64,000 bases of DNA from Dehalococcoidia bacterium (lineage in GTDB: Bacteria > Chloroflexota > Dehalococcoidia > Bin125): assembly GCA_965203165.1 (NCBI GenBank), contig OZ241849.1, positions 2,093,786-2,157,785 of the forward strand. Reading direction: 5' to 3'. Below are positions 29,579 through 41,067 of the stretch, in pieces; positions within the stretch are counted from its first letter, which is position 1; each line of letters opens with the position of its first letter. Both the position numbers and the translations under genes were made by a program. Below the pieces are notes generated by a model that ran no database searches, was not told the DNA's origin, and was given only the letters and a program-made list of their open reading frames with translations.

Positions 29579-30585
29579 CCACGGCGCAGCGCCCCGAGGG
29601 GGTGGACGGCTGGGTTTCGGTCTTCGAGGAAGACTTGGCAGGGCAGCGCGCGCGCCTTACCGAGCTGCTGCAGTCGGCGGAGCGCGACCGACGCGAGCTG
29701 GCGGCCACGCAGGAGCGGCTGCGGGAGACCGAAGCGCTGGCCCTGCGCGCAGTTTCGCAGGCCGCCGCGATGTCGACGCGGCTGGACGAAATCCAGACGC
29801 TGCGCGAGCGCTTGGGCCGCGCCCAGTCGGCGATCGACGAGCAGGGCGAGCGGCTCGATATGTCGCTGCGGCAGATCCGGCATGAGGTTGATGTGGAGCG
29901 GGAGGCGCTGGCGCAGACGGTGCGCCGCCTCGACGCGGCGGAACACGCGACAGGGGATGCGGTGGAACGGCTCTCGGCGGTGGATGAGGCGCTCCAGCGG
30001 CTGGGCGATACGGACGACGACCTTTCGCAGCGAATCGCACAGGCGGAGTCGCATGTGGAGGCGGGCGCGGCGCGGATTGCGGCCAACGCGGAGGCGATTC
30101 GGCGGGCCCACGCCGATCAGCGCGCGGCCGATGCCCGCGAGGAAATCCACGATCGGCGGCTGACGGAGCTGACCGATCGCTTCAATGCGGCGCAGCAGTC
30201 GCTGTTGCGCGTCCGCGAGACAGCCGATCAATGGGAAGATTTGACCGCGGCGGTGGAGACAATGCGAGCGCGGTCGGACGACGCGCGCCGGATGCTCGAC
30301 GAGGCGACGGCCAGCGCGGCCAGCGTGCGCCGCGCGTTTGAGACGATCGAGGAGCGGATCGGCGATGTAGAGCGCGGGGCGGAGCAGTTGCGCAGCCGAG
30401 ACAGCCACCGCGAGCGGGCGTTGACCTCGCTGAACGACGAGCTGGAGCGCTTGCAGGGCGAGGCGAGCCGCGAACAGCAGCGCTTCGTGGCGCTGCAGGA
30501 GCAGATCCGGCGGCGCCAGATTAATGACCTGGAACAGGAGATCCGGGAACTCAAAGCCTATGTGCGGGTGCAGGCCGATGACTGA
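29572..30585 (+). CDS. hypothetical coiled-coil protein (337 aa, very R/E/A/L/Q-rich, no TM)
   Basis: Strong GC3 periodicity. The GTG start overlaps the hom stop, and its own stop overlaps the thrC ATG (GATGACTGA). Confidence 0.65.
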   Translation: MVTTAQRPEGVDGWVSVFEEDLAGQRARLTELLQSAERDRRELAATQERLRETEALALRAVSQAAAMSTRLDEIQTLRERLGRAQSAIDEQGERLDMSLRQIRHEVDVEREALAQTVRRLDAAEHATGDAVERLSAVDEALQRLGDTDDDLSQRIAQAESHVEAGAARIAANAEAIRRAHADQRAADAREEIHDRRLTELTDRFNAAQQSLLRVRETADQWEDLTAAVETMRARSDDARRMLDEATASAASVRRAFETIEERIGDVERGAEQLRSRDSHRERALTSLNDELERLQGEASREQQRFVALQEQIRRRQINDLEQEIRELKAYVRVQADD

Positions 30586-31645
30586 TCCGCGCGGTGCCGG
30601 CGGTGTGCTTGAGCGGTACGCCGAATGGCTGCCGATTACGCAGGCGACGCCGCGGATCAGCCTGGGCGAGGGCGGCACGCCGCTGGTGCGCGCCGAAGCG
30701 CTCGAACGGCGCACGGGCGCGGCGGAAGTCCAACTCAAGCTCGAACTGTGCAATCCCACCGCGTCGTTCAAGGACCGCGGAATGGTGGTGGCCGTGGCGA
30801 AGGCGATCGAGCAGGGAGCCACGGCGGTGCTCTGCGCGTCAACCGGCAACACCAGCGCCTCCGCCGCGGCCTACGCCGCGCACTGCGGATTGCGCGCGTT
30901 CGTGCTTGTGCCGGGCGCGAAAGTCGCCCAGGGCAAACTGGCGCAGGCGATCGTCCATGGTGCGCGGGTGCTGGCTGTGGAGGGCAGCTTTGACGACGCG
31001 CTGCGGCTGGCGCGCAACGCGACCGAGGATCTGCCCGTGGCGCTGGTCAACTCCGTCAATCCCTACCGCATCGCGGGGCAGAAGACGGCCGCGATGGAGA
31101 TTGTCGACGCGCTCGGCGACGCGCCGGATTTGCACTGCCTGCCTGTCGGCAACGCGGGCAACATCACGGCCTACTGGCAGGGCTACCGGGAGTATGCGCG
31201 CGCCGAGCGCGTCAGCCGCCTGCCGCGTATCCTGGGCGTGCAGGCAGCCGGGGCCGCCCCGCTCGTGTCGGGCAAGGTCGTCGAGCGGCCCGACACCGTA
31301 GCGACGGCGATTCGAATCGGCAACCCAGCCTCATGGGAGGGAGCGATCGCCGCGCGCGACGAGTCGGGCGGGGCGATCGTGGCGGTCGACGACGCCCAAA
31401 TTCTGGATGCCTGGCAAATGCTGGCGAGCGAAGCGGGGATTTTCTGCGAGCCCGCCTCGGCCGCTGCGGTGGCCGGGCTGCTCGCGGCCGATCACAGCGG
31501 GGTGGCCGGGCGGCGGGTCGTCTGCACCATCACCGGGCACGGCTTGAAAGACGCGGACCTGGTCGGGCAGCTGCAGAGCGACATCGTGCCCCTCCCTGCC
31601 GATTACCGCGCGGTGGCGGCGGCGATTGCAGAGCGGCTCTCGTGA
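30578..31645 (+). CDS. thrC: threonine synthase
   Basis: PLP-lysine motif NPTASFKDRG; GNTSAS...; typical short-form ThrC. Confidence 0.95.
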   Translation: MTDPRGAGGVLERYAEWLPITQATPRISLGEGGTPLVRAEALERRTGAAEVQLKLELCNPTASFKDRGMVVAVAKAIEQGATAVLCASTGNTSASAAAYAAHCGLRAFVLVPGAKVAQGKLAQAIVHGARVLAVEGSFDDALRLARNATEDLPVALVNSVNPYRIAGQKTAAMEIVDALGDAPDLHCLPVGNAGNITAYWQGYREYARAERVSRLPRILGVQAAGAAPLVSGKVVERPDTVATAIRIGNPASWEGAIAARDESGGAIVAVDDAQILDAWQMLASEAGIFCEPASAAAVAGLLAADHSGVAGRRVVCTITGHGLKDADLVGQLQSDIVPLPADYRAVAAAIAERLS

Positions 31646-32214
31646 GCGGGCAGGTTGATCTGGCCCGAGCGGAGGCTGCCGTGCGCGAGCTGCTGCTTTC
31701 GCTGGGCGAGGACCCGGAGCGGGAGGGCCTGCGCGAGACGCCGCGCCGCGTGGCGGCGGCCTTTGCGGAGCTGCTGGGCGGGCGTGAGATCGACGCGGAA
31801 GCGCTGCTCCAGGTGGGCTTTAACGAAGGCCACGACGAGATGGTGATTCTGCGTGACATTCCCTTCTTCTCGATTTGCGAACACCACCTGATCCCGTTCC
31901 GCGGCGCGGCGCATGTGGCGTATGTCCCGCGCGGGCGCGTGGTGGGCATTTCCAAGCTGGCCCGGCTGGTCGACGCCGTGGCCCGCCGCCCCCAACTGCA
32001 GGAGCGGCTCACCGCGCAGATCGCCGACATCATGATGGATGCGCTGGAGCCCGACGGCGCGGCGGTAGCAGTGGAGGCGGAGCACCTCTGCATGACGATG
32101 CGCGGGATTAAGAAACCGGGTTCGCGGATGGTCACCTCGGCGATGCGGGGTACTTTTCAAAGCCAGAATGACACGCGCGCGGAGTTCCTCGCGCTGGTGC
32201 GGGCGCGCGAATGA
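31642..32214 (+). CDS. folE: GTP cyclohydrolase I
   Basis: ICEHHLIPF, ISKLARLV, HLCMTMRG. The GTG start overlaps the thrC stop. Confidence 0.95.
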   Translation: MSGQVDLARAEAAVRELLLSLGEDPEREGLRETPRRVAAAFAELLGGREIDAEALLQVGFNEGHDEMVILRDIPFFSICEHHLIPFRGAAHVAYVPRGRVVGISKLARLVDAVARRPQLQERLTAQIADIMMDALEPDGAAVAVEAEHLCMTMRGIKKPGSRMVTSAMRGTFQSQNDTRAEFLALVRARE

Positions 32215-33206
32215 CGGGCGCGCTGACAAGCACTGCCGGCTGGGACGAGTTTGCGCCGCGCTGGCGCGCGCTGGTCGCGGAGACGCGCCCGGCCGCGGCG
32301 CCGTTCGTCGCGCCCGAGTTCGCCCGCGCCTGGTGGTCCGTATTCGGCGGCGCGTCGGAACTCGAGCTGGAGATCGTCCCGATCGAGCAGGGCGGCGCGC
32401 TGATCGGCGTGGCGCCGCTGGCCCGCAACGGCGTTTCGGCCGCCTGGATCGGCAACCACGAAGTAGCCGACTACATGGGCGCAGTGGCCGCACAGGGGCG
32501 CGAGGAGGCCGTAGCGGAGGCATTGTTGGAGCATCTGGAGCAGAGCGGACTGCGCTCGCTCGATCTGCGTGGCCTGGATGCCGGCGCGCCGCTGGCCAGC
32601 CTGCTCGAAGCGGCGGCGCGGCGGCGCGGCTGGCGAACTTCAAGCGGGCAAGAAGCCGTCTGCCCCGTCGTAGACTTGGAGGGCGGCTGGGAGGCGTATC
32701 TGGATCGCCTTCGCTCGCGCGACCGGCGCGAGGTGCGGCGCAAGCTCCGTCCCCTGCGCCAGCTGGGCTCCGCCGTGCGGTTTGATGTGCTACAGGGCGC
32801 GGACGCCGCGGCCGAACTGCCGCTGCTGCTGGAGATGATGAGCGGCTCGCGGGGCGATAAGGCTGCTTTCCTCACCGAGCCGATGGAGCGCTTCTTCCTC
32901 ACGCTGGGCGAAGCGATGGCGGCGCACGGCTGGCTGCGCCTGCACCGCCTGCACATCTCCGACGAGCCCGCCGCGATGGTGCTCTGCTGGGAAACGCAGG
33001 ATGAGTTGCTGCTTTACAACAGCGGCTTCGACGCGCGCTTCCGCGAGCTCAACGCCGGCCTCGCCTCAAAAGTGCTCTGCCTGCGCGAGGCTGCCGAGCG
33101 CGGCGTGCGCTACGTCAACTTCCTGCGCGGCGAAGAGCCCTATAAGTTTGAACTGGGTGGCCGGCCGCGCGCCGTCCAACGACTCCAGATTCAGCGAACC
33201 GACTGA
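32211..33206 (+). CDS. FemAB-like / BioF2-like (CelD-type) GNAT-fold N-acyltransferase
   Basis: About 330 aa with a C-terminal ...YNSGFD...YVNFLRGEEPYKFELGG... pattern typical of the Acetyltransf_6 (FemAB-like) family. Overlaps the folE stop. Confidence 0.6.
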   Translation: MTGALTSTAGWDEFAPRWRALVAETRPAAAPFVAPEFARAWWSVFGGASELELEIVPIEQGGALIGVAPLARNGVSAAWIGNHEVADYMGAVAAQGREEAVAEALLEHLEQSGLRSLDLRGLDAGAPLASLLEAAARRRGWRTSSGQEAVCPVVDLEGGWEAYLDRLRSRDRREVRRKLRPLRQLGSAVRFDVLQGADAAAELPLLLEMMSGSRGDKAAFLTEPMERFFLTLGEAMAAHGWLRLHRLHISDEPAAMVLCWETQDELLLYNSGFDARFRELNAGLASKVLCLREAAERGVRYVNFLRGEEPYKFELGGRPRAVQRLQIQRTD

Positions 33207-33208
33207 TC

Positions 33209-34522
33209 ATGCCGCATCACCTCCGACGCCTCGCCGTAGTTTCGACGCACACCTCGCCGCTGGCGCGTCCGGGCACGACCAAGGCCGGCGGGATGAATGT
33301 CTACGTGGCCGAGCTGGCCAAGCAGCTGGCGGCGCGCGAGCGAATTGTCGACATCTACACCCGTCGCGACCGCCCGGACCTGCCCGACGTAGTCGAGCTC
33401 GCCCCGGGCGCGCAGGTGGTGCATGTTGATGTCGGCCCGCCGACGGCGCTGTCGCCGATCGAGGTGGCGGCGCACATCGACGCCTTCACCGCCCGAGCCG
33501 ATCAGATTGCGCGCGAACGGGGCTGGTCCTACGAGCTGCTCCATTCGCACTACTGGGTCTCCGGGCTCAGCGGCATCTCCCTGGCGCAGCGCTGGGGCTG
33601 TCCGCACGCGGCGACATTCCACACGCTGGGCGAGATCAAGAATCGCCACTACCGCGGCGCAGGGCCGCCCGAACCGGCGCTGCGCATCGCCGGCGAGCAC
33701 CACGTCGCCTCGTGCGCGGACCTGCTGATTCCGTGGACCGACCACGAGCGCGATTTTCTGGTCGATTTCTACCGCGCGGATGCAGAGCGGATTCGGATTG
33801 TGCCGGGCGGCGTCGATCTTGATCGCTTCCATCCTGGCGATCAGCGAGCAGCTCGCGCCGCGCTGCGCCGCACCATGCCCGATCTGCATGTCGATGATGC
33901 GCCGGCGATTCTGTTTGTCGGGCGACTCGAACCGCTCAAGGGCGCGGACCTGCTGGTCGAGGCGCTGGCGCAACTGGAGACGTCGGCCGGCGCGCCGCAG
34001 CCCCGGCTTTGGATTGTGGGCGGCGACGAGCGCGACGCGACGGAGCGGGCCCGTCTGCGGGCGATCGCCGCCGCGGCGGGCGTGACCGAGCGAGTCTCGA
34101 TGCAAGACGCCGCGCCGCACCACCTGCTGCCCGACCTGCACCGCGCCGCCGATGTCTGCGCGATGCCCTCGGCCTATGAGAGTTTCGGCCTGGCGGCGGT
34201 CGAGGCGATGGCCTGCGGCAGGCCGGTGGTCGCCTCGCGCGTCGGCGGACTGCTGACCACGATCGCCGACGGCCAAACCGGCTATCTGGCGCCCGAGCGC
34301 AGCGCAGCGGCGTTTGCGCAGCGCCTGGCGCGGGTGCTCAACGCGCCCGACGGCGGCGCGGCCATGGGCCGCCGCGCCGCGGCGTCGATGCGCCGCTACG
34401 CCTGGCCCGCAGTAGCGCAGCGCATGCTGGCGCTCTACGAGTCGGTGATCGCGGAGCCGGAGCGTGATCCGTCGCCCTGCGCTGAGGCGGCCGAGACGCT
34501 GCTGGCCAGCGCGGGGCTGTAG
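33209..34522 (+). CDS. GT4 retaining glycosyltransferase of the MshA/BshA type (N-acetylglucosaminyl transferase)
   Basis: N-terminal VVSTHTSPLARPGTTKAGGMNVYV signature of MshA/BshA. C-terminal GT4 E-x7-E region (SAYESFGLAAVEAMACGRPVVAS.VGG). Confidence 0.85.
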   Translation: MPHHLRRLAVVSTHTSPLARPGTTKAGGMNVYVAELAKQLAARERIVDIYTRRDRPDLPDVVELAPGAQVVHVDVGPPTALSPIEVAAHIDAFTARADQIARERGWSYELLHSHYWVSGLSGISLAQRWGCPHAATFHTLGEIKNRHYRGAGPPEPALRIAGEHHVASCADLLIPWTDHERDFLVDFYRADAERIRIVPGGVDLDRFHPGDQRAARAALRRTMPDLHVDDAPAILFVGRLEPLKGADLLVEALAQLETSAGAPQPRLWIVGGDERDATERARLRAIAAAAGVTERVSMQDAAPHHLLPDLHRAADVCAMPSAYESFGLAAVEAMACGRPVVASRVGGLLTTIADGQTGYLAPERSAAAFAQRLARVLNAPDGGAAMGRRAAASMRRYAWPAVAQRMLALYESVIAEPERDPSPCAEAAETLLASAGL

Positions 34523-34537
34523 GCGAGGAGCCTGGGC

Positions 34538-35368
34538 ATGACCGAATCGGGCGAACGGCGCGCGCTGATCGTGATGGCGCACCCCGACGACATCGAATTC
34601 ACCTGCGGCGGCACAGTCGCCTCGCTGGCCGACGACGGCTGGGACGTGACCTTCTGCCTCGTGACCAGCGGAGACAAGGGCAGCAAGGATCCCGATCTCT
34701 CGCCGGCGGATCTGGCGGCGCTGCGCGAAGCCGAGCAGGAAGCCGCCGCTGTCGAACTGGGCGTGCGCCGCTGCATCTTTCTGCGCTGGCCGGACGGGTT
34801 TGTCGAGGACGGGCCGGAACTGCGCGGGGCGCTGGTGCGGGTGGTGCGCGAGGTGCGGCCGGAGCTGCTGATCACCTGGGACGGCTACCGCGGCTTCAAT
34901 CACCGCGACCACCGCACGGTGGGTATCGCGGCGCTCGATGCGGTGTTTCCGCTTTCTCGCAATCCCAACACCTACGCGGAGCAGGTCAGCGCCGGACTGG
35001 AGCCGCACCGGGTCAACACCGTACTGCTGGCTGGCGCGCGCGAGCCGGATTACTGGGTGGATGTGAGCGCCCAATTGGAGCGGCGCATCGACGCCCTCTT
35101 TCGCCACGCGACGCAGGTGCAGGCGGTGAAACGCGAGGAGATGGCCAAGCGGATGGCTGAGCGCCAGCGGCGCGCGGCGGCCCAAGGCCGAGTGCCGTGG
35201 GCCGAGGCGTTTCGCCGGTTGACGTTCGGGGAAGTCAGCTCGCCGCGCCGCGCCGCGGCGCTGGCGGCGGAGCGCAAAGCCCGCGAGTCGGAGGCTGAGG
35301 CGGCTGCCGAACAGCCCGCCCAGTCAGACGCAAAACCGGGCGCTGCGCAGGCCGTCGCTTCGGCGTAA
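34538..35368 (+). CDS. PIG-L/LmbE-family N-acetylglucosaminyl deacetylase (MshB/BshB-like)
   Basis: LIVMAHPDDIEF...D......LVTSGDKG...HRDH, the zinc-binding motifs of LmbE-like deacetylases. Confidence 0.85.
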   Translation: MTESGERRALIVMAHPDDIEFTCGGTVASLADDGWDVTFCLVTSGDKGSKDPDLSPADLAALREAEQEAAAVELGVRRCIFLRWPDGFVEDGPELRGALVRVVREVRPELLITWDGYRGFNHRDHRTVGIAALDAVFPLSRNPNTYAEQVSAGLEPHRVNTVLLAGAREPDYWVDVSAQLERRIDALFRHATQVQAVKREEMAKRMAERQRRAAAQGRVPWAEAFRRLTFGEVSSPRRAAALAAERKARESEAEAAAEQPAQSDAKPGAAQAVASA

Positions 35369-35395
35369 TCTGAGCCGCGAAGGGAGCGCGCGCCG

Positions 35396-36307
35396 ATGGC
35401 CGAGAGCGCACTCTTTCTGCTTTGGGCGAGCTTTGCCGCTGCGATCGTCGCGGCTGCGGCTGCGATCGCCTACGCCGTCCAGCCGCGCCTCGCGGCCGTC
35501 TTCGCTGGCCGCCCGGTCGTCGCCACCGAGCCGGGCGTGCCGATCCGATCCGGGCCGATTGCGCGCTCCGCGACGCTCGGCGGAATCGCCACGCTGAGCA
35601 CCTGGGCCGCCGCATTGATCGGGCTGGTGGGGCTTGTGCTGCGCGGCCTGGCGCTGAACCACGCGCCCTACAGCAACCTCTTTGAGTTCTCGATGGCCTT
35701 CGGGATCGCGATTGTGCTGTGCTATGCGATCTTCGAGTTCCGCTCCGGCACCCGGCTGGCGGGGGCGTTTGTGCTGCCGGTCGCCTGCGGGCTCTACGCC
35801 AGCGCGCTGGCCTTCCCCAGTGAGGGGCAGGAAGTGCTGGTGCCGGCGCTGCAAAGCCCCACGCTGCTGACGATCCATGTCGCGCTGATGATCCTCTCCT
35901 ACGCGGTGCTGGCGGTGGCCTTCGGCGGTGCGGCGATGCACATTACGCAGGCGATGCGGCATACGGACCGCGAAGGGCGCTTCGCGTTTCTGCCCTCGCC
36001 GCAGCGCTGCGACGAGCTGACTTACCGCGCCGTCCTGGTCGGTTTCCCGCTGCTCGCGGCGGGAATTGCACTGGGCGCATTCTGGGCGAACGACGCCTGG
36101 GGCCGCTATTGGGGCTGGGACCCGAAGGAGACGGCGGCGCTGGTGACTTGGCTGATCTTCGCCGTCTACATCCATGCCCGCGGGCTGCGCGGGCTGCGCG
36201 GCGCGCGCAGCGCCTGGATCGTGGTGTTGGGCTTCGCGGCCGTGCTCTTCACCTACCTCGTCGTGAACCTCGTGATCTCGGGACTGCATTCCTACGCCGG
36301 CGTCTGA
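35396..36307 (+). CDS. ccsA: cytochrome c-type biogenesis protein CcsA (ResC-like haem handling)
   Basis: WWD-domain motif WGRYWGWDPKE and conserved His residues. Polytopic membrane protein. Confidence 0.85.
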   Translation: MAESALFLLWASFAAAIVAAAAAIAYAVQPRLAAVFAGRPVVATEPGVPIRSGPIARSATLGGIATLSTWAAALIGLVGLVLRGLALNHAPYSNLFEFSMAFGIAIVLCYAIFEFRSGTRLAGAFVLPVACGLYASALAFPSEGQEVLVPALQSPTLLTIHVALMILSYAVLAVAFGGAAMHITQAMRHTDREGRFAFLPSPQRCDELTYRAVLVGFPLLAAGIALGAFWANDAWGRYWGWDPKETAALVTWLIFAVYIHARGLRGLRGARSAWIVVLGFAAVLFTYLVVNLVISGLHSYAGV

Positions 36308-36356
36308 TACCCAGGTAACAGAGGACGCGCGAAAATCCACAGTTCTGGCACGGCGG

Positions 36357-36386
36357 TTGTCAGTGGCGCGTAGACGCGGCTATGAT
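36357..36386 (+). promoter_or_regulatory. sigma-70-type promoter candidate for the str operon (TTGTCA-N18-TATGAT)
   Basis: -35 TTGTCA at 36357-36362 and -10 TATGAT at 36381-36386, about 70 nt upstream of rpsL. A GC hairpin lies in the leader (GTGCCGCC-CCC-GGCGGCGCAC). Confidence 0.45.
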
Positions 36387-36456
36387 GAGGTTTCCGCGCC
36401 CTACCTGGGCGTCCTCCTGTGCCGCCCCCGGCGGCGCACACTGAGTAGGCGACACA

Positions 36457-36894
<438 letters not shown>

Positions 36895-36952
36895 CGGGTG
36901 GCCTTCATCCTGCCGCCCCGCGCGGGCGGCGTTCGCCGAAAGCCCACGTCAC

Positions 36953-37423
36953 ATGCCGCGCCGCCGACGCCCCGAACGCCACCAAATTCGCCCCGACGCC
37001 CGCTACGACAGCGTGCCGGTGCAGATGGTGATCAACCGGATCATGCTGAGCGGCAAAAAGAGCGTGGCGGAGAAAATCATGTACCAGGCGCTTGACGTGA
37101 TCCGCGACCGCATGCGCCAGGATCCGCTTGAGGTCTTCCTACAGGCCCTGGACAACATCACGCCGGAGATGGAAGTCCGCCCGCGCCGCGTGGGCGGCGC
37201 GACCTACCAGGTGCCGGTCGAGATTCGCCACGATCGCCGCAACGCGCTGGGCATCCGCTGGTTGGTCACGGCCGCGCGCAGCCGCAAGGGACGCCCGGCC
37301 TACCTCTCGCTGGCGGATGAACTGCTGGACGCCTACAACCACACGGGCGCCGCCGTGCGCCGCCGCGAAGACACCCACCGCATGGCCGAAGCGAACCGCG
37401 CCTTCGCCCACTACCGCTGGTAA
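36953..37423 (+). CDS. rpsG: 30S ribosomal protein S7
   Basis: MPRRR...D.RY.S..V...IN.IM..GKKS.AEKI.Y.AL. Confidence 0.95.
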   Translation: MPRRRRPERHQIRPDARYDSVPVQMVINRIMLSGKKSVAEKIMYQALDVIRDRMRQDPLEVFLQALDNITPEMEVRPRRVGGATYQVPVEIRHDRRNALGIRWLVTAARSRKGRPAYLSLADELLDAYNHTGAAVRRREDTHRMAEANRAFAHYRW

Positions 37424-37445
37424 ACCCCGCCAAGGACGACCCAAA

Positions 37446-39503
37446 ATGGCCTCCGAACAGCCCATTCAGTATGTCCGCAACATCGGCGTGATCGCGCATA
37501 TTGACGCGGGCAAAACGACCGTGACCGAGCGCATCCTCTACTTCACCGGCCGCACCTACAAGATCGGCGAGGTGCACGACGGCACAGCGGTGATGGACTA
37601 CATGGACCAGGAGCGCGAGCGCGGCATCACGATCACCGCCGCGGCGACCAGCGCGGAGTGGAACGATCACCTGATCAACATCATCGACACGCCGGGGCAC
37701 GTCGATTTCACCGTGGAAGTCGAGCGCAGCCTGCGCGTGCTGGACGGCGGCGTGGTCGTGTTCGACGCCGTGGCCGGCGTCGAGCCGCAGTCCGAGACCG
37801 TCTGGCGGCAGGCCGACCGCTACGCCGTGCCCCGAATCTGTTTCGTCAACAAAATGGACCGCATCGGCGCGGACTACTGGCGGACGATGGAGATGATCCG
37901 CGATCGTTTGGGCGCGGTACCCGTGCCGGTGCAGATTCCGATTGGCAGCGAAGACCAATTTGAGGGCGTGATCGACCTGATTCGGATGCGCGCTTGGTTC
38001 TTCAGCGAGGATCGCGACGATCCGCCGCGCGAGGGCGAAATCCCTGAGCGCTGCGTCTCCGACGCCGGGCGCTGGCGCGAGACGATGATCGAGCGGATCG
38101 CGGAGAACGACGAGCAGGTGATGATCTCCTACCTCGAGGGCCACGAGCTGACCGAGGACGAGATTCGCAAGGCGGTGCGGCGCGGCGCGGTGGCCAACCT
38201 CTTCACCCCGGTGCTCTGCGGCAGCGCGCTGAAGAACGTCGGCGTGCAGCGCCTGCTCGATGCGATCGTCGATTACCTGCCCGCGCCCGACGAGGTGCCG
38301 CCGGTGCGCGGCATCAACGCGGACGGCGTGGAGGTCGAGCGGCGCGCCGATTCCGGCGAGCCGCTCACCGCGCTGGCGTTCAAGATTGTCACCGATCCCT
38401 TCGTGGGGCGGATCGCCTATGTGCGGGTCTACTCGGGCACGCTCGAGGCCGGCGCGAGCGTCTACAACTCGACGCGCCAACGGGTCGAGCGGGCCGGCCG
38501 CCTGCTGCGCATGCACGCCGACTCGCGGGAAGACATCAAGCGGGTGACCGCGGGCGACATCGCGGCATTCGTAGGGCCCAAAGAAACGTTTACCGGCGAC
38601 ACGCTCTGCTCGCGCGACGCGCCGCTGCTGCTCGACGAAATCCGCTTCCCCGAACCGGTCGTCTCCGTCGCCATCGAGGCGAAAAGCAAGGACGACCAGG
38701 ATCGCCTGGGCACGGCGCTGCGCAAGCTGGTCGAAGAAGACCCCACATTCCGCGTCGAATTCAACGACGAGACCGGCCAGACGGTGATTTCGGGGATGGG
38801 CGAGTTGCACCTCGAGGTGATCGCGGATCGGCTGCGGCGCGAATTCAACGTGGCCTGCACGGTGGGGCGCCCGCAGGTGGCCTACCGCGAGACGATTCAA
38901 CGCTCGTCCGAGGCGGAAGGGCGCTTTGTGCGGCAGACGGGCGGGCGCGGGCAGTACGGACACGTCGTGCTGCAGATCGAGCCGAACGAGGCCGGCGCGG
39001 GCTTCGAGTTTGAGGACAAGAGCGTAGGCGGCGTGGTGCCGCAGCACTTTGTCCCGTCCGTCAAGCGCGGCGTTGAGCAGGCGATGCGCAACGGCATTGT
39101 GGGCGGCTTCCCCGTGGTTGATGTGAAGGTTGCGCTGGTCGACGGCAGCTACCACCAGGTCGACTCCAACGAGTTGGCGTTCGCTACGGCGGGGGGCATG
39201 GCCTTCCGCGAGGCGATGCGCCGAGCCGAGCCGGTCCAGCTGGAGCCGATGATGCGCGCCGAGCTGGCCACGCCTGACGAGTTTTTCGGCGATGTGCTGG
39301 GCGATGTGAGCGGGCGCCGCGGGCATGTGACGGGCACGGAAATGCGCGGCACCCTGCAGCTGATTCGCGCCCACATTCCGCTTGCGGAATTGTTCGGTTA
39401 CACCACCACGCTGCGTTCGATGACGCAGGGGCGGGCGACGGCGAGCATTGAGTTCGATCACTACGCGGTGATTCCGCAAGGAGTGTTGGCCGCGGCGCGA
39501 TAG
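37446..39503 (+). CDS. fusA: elongation factor G
   Basis: [27 protein letters not shown]. The true ATG at 37446 lies inside the longer track ORF 37128..39503. Confidence 0.97.
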   Translation: MASEQPIQYVRNIGVIAHIDAGKTTVTERILYFTGRTYKIGEVHDGTAVMDYMDQERERGITITAAATSAEWNDHLINIIDTPGHVDFTVEVERSLRVLDGGVVVFDAVAGVEPQSETVWRQADRYAVPRICFVNKMDRIGADYWRTMEMIRDRLGAVPVPVQIPIGSEDQFEGVIDLIRMRAWFFSEDRDDPPREGEIPERCVSDAGRWRETMIERIAENDEQVMISYLEGHELTEDEIRKAVRRGAVANLFTPVLCGSALKNVGVQRLLDAIVDYLPAPDEVPPVRGINADGVEVERRADSGEPLTALAFKIVTDPFVGRIAYVRVYSGTLEAGASVYNSTRQRVERAGRLLRMHADSREDIKRVTAGDIAAFVGPKETFTGDTLCSRDAPLLLDEIRFPEPVVSVAIEAKSKDDQDRLGTALRKLVEEDPTFRVEFNDETGQTVISGMGELHLEVIADRLRREFNVACTVGRPQVAYRETIQRSSEAEGRFVRQTGGRGQYGHVVLQIEPNEAGAGFEFEDKSVGGVVPQHFVPSVKRGVEQAMRNGIVGGFPVVDVKVALVDGSYHQVDSNELAFATAGGMAFREAMRRAEPVQLEPMMRAELATPDEFFGDVLGDVSGRRGHVTGTEMRGTLQLIRAHIPLAELFGYTTTLRSMTQGRATASIEFDHYAVIPQGVLAAAR

Positions 39504-39530
39504 CGCCGTGCGCGGAAAGGGAGCGAAGCG

Positions 39531-40733
<1,203 letters not shown>

Positions 40734-40748
40734 GGACGGAACAGCGGC

Positions 40749-41060
40749 ATGGCGGTTCCCCAGAAAATTCGCATCCGGCTCAAGGCCTACGATCATCGCG
40801 TTCTCGATGAGAGTGCGCGGGAGATCGTCAATATCGCCGAGACGACCGGCGCGAGCGTGGCCGGACCCATCCCGCTGCCGACCGAAATCCGCAAGTACAC
40901 CGTGATTCGCTCGCCGTTTGTCCACAAAGACGGCCGCGAGCAGTTCGAAATGCGGACGCACAAGCGGATCATTGACATCATCGAGCCGACCGGGCGTACG
41001 CTGGACTCGTTGGGACGCCTCCAACTTTCCAGCGGCGTCGATGTGTTCATCAAGCTGTAG
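40749..41060 (+). CDS. rpsJ: 30S ribosomal protein S10
   Basis: [16 protein letters not shown]...GPIPLPT. Confidence 0.97.
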   Translation: MAVPQKIRIRLKAYDHRVLDESAREIVNIAETTGASVAGPIPLPTEIRKYTVIRSPFVHKDGREQFEMRTHKRIIDIIEPTGRTLDSLGRLQLSSGVDVFIKL

Positions 41061-41067
41061 GCGCGAC

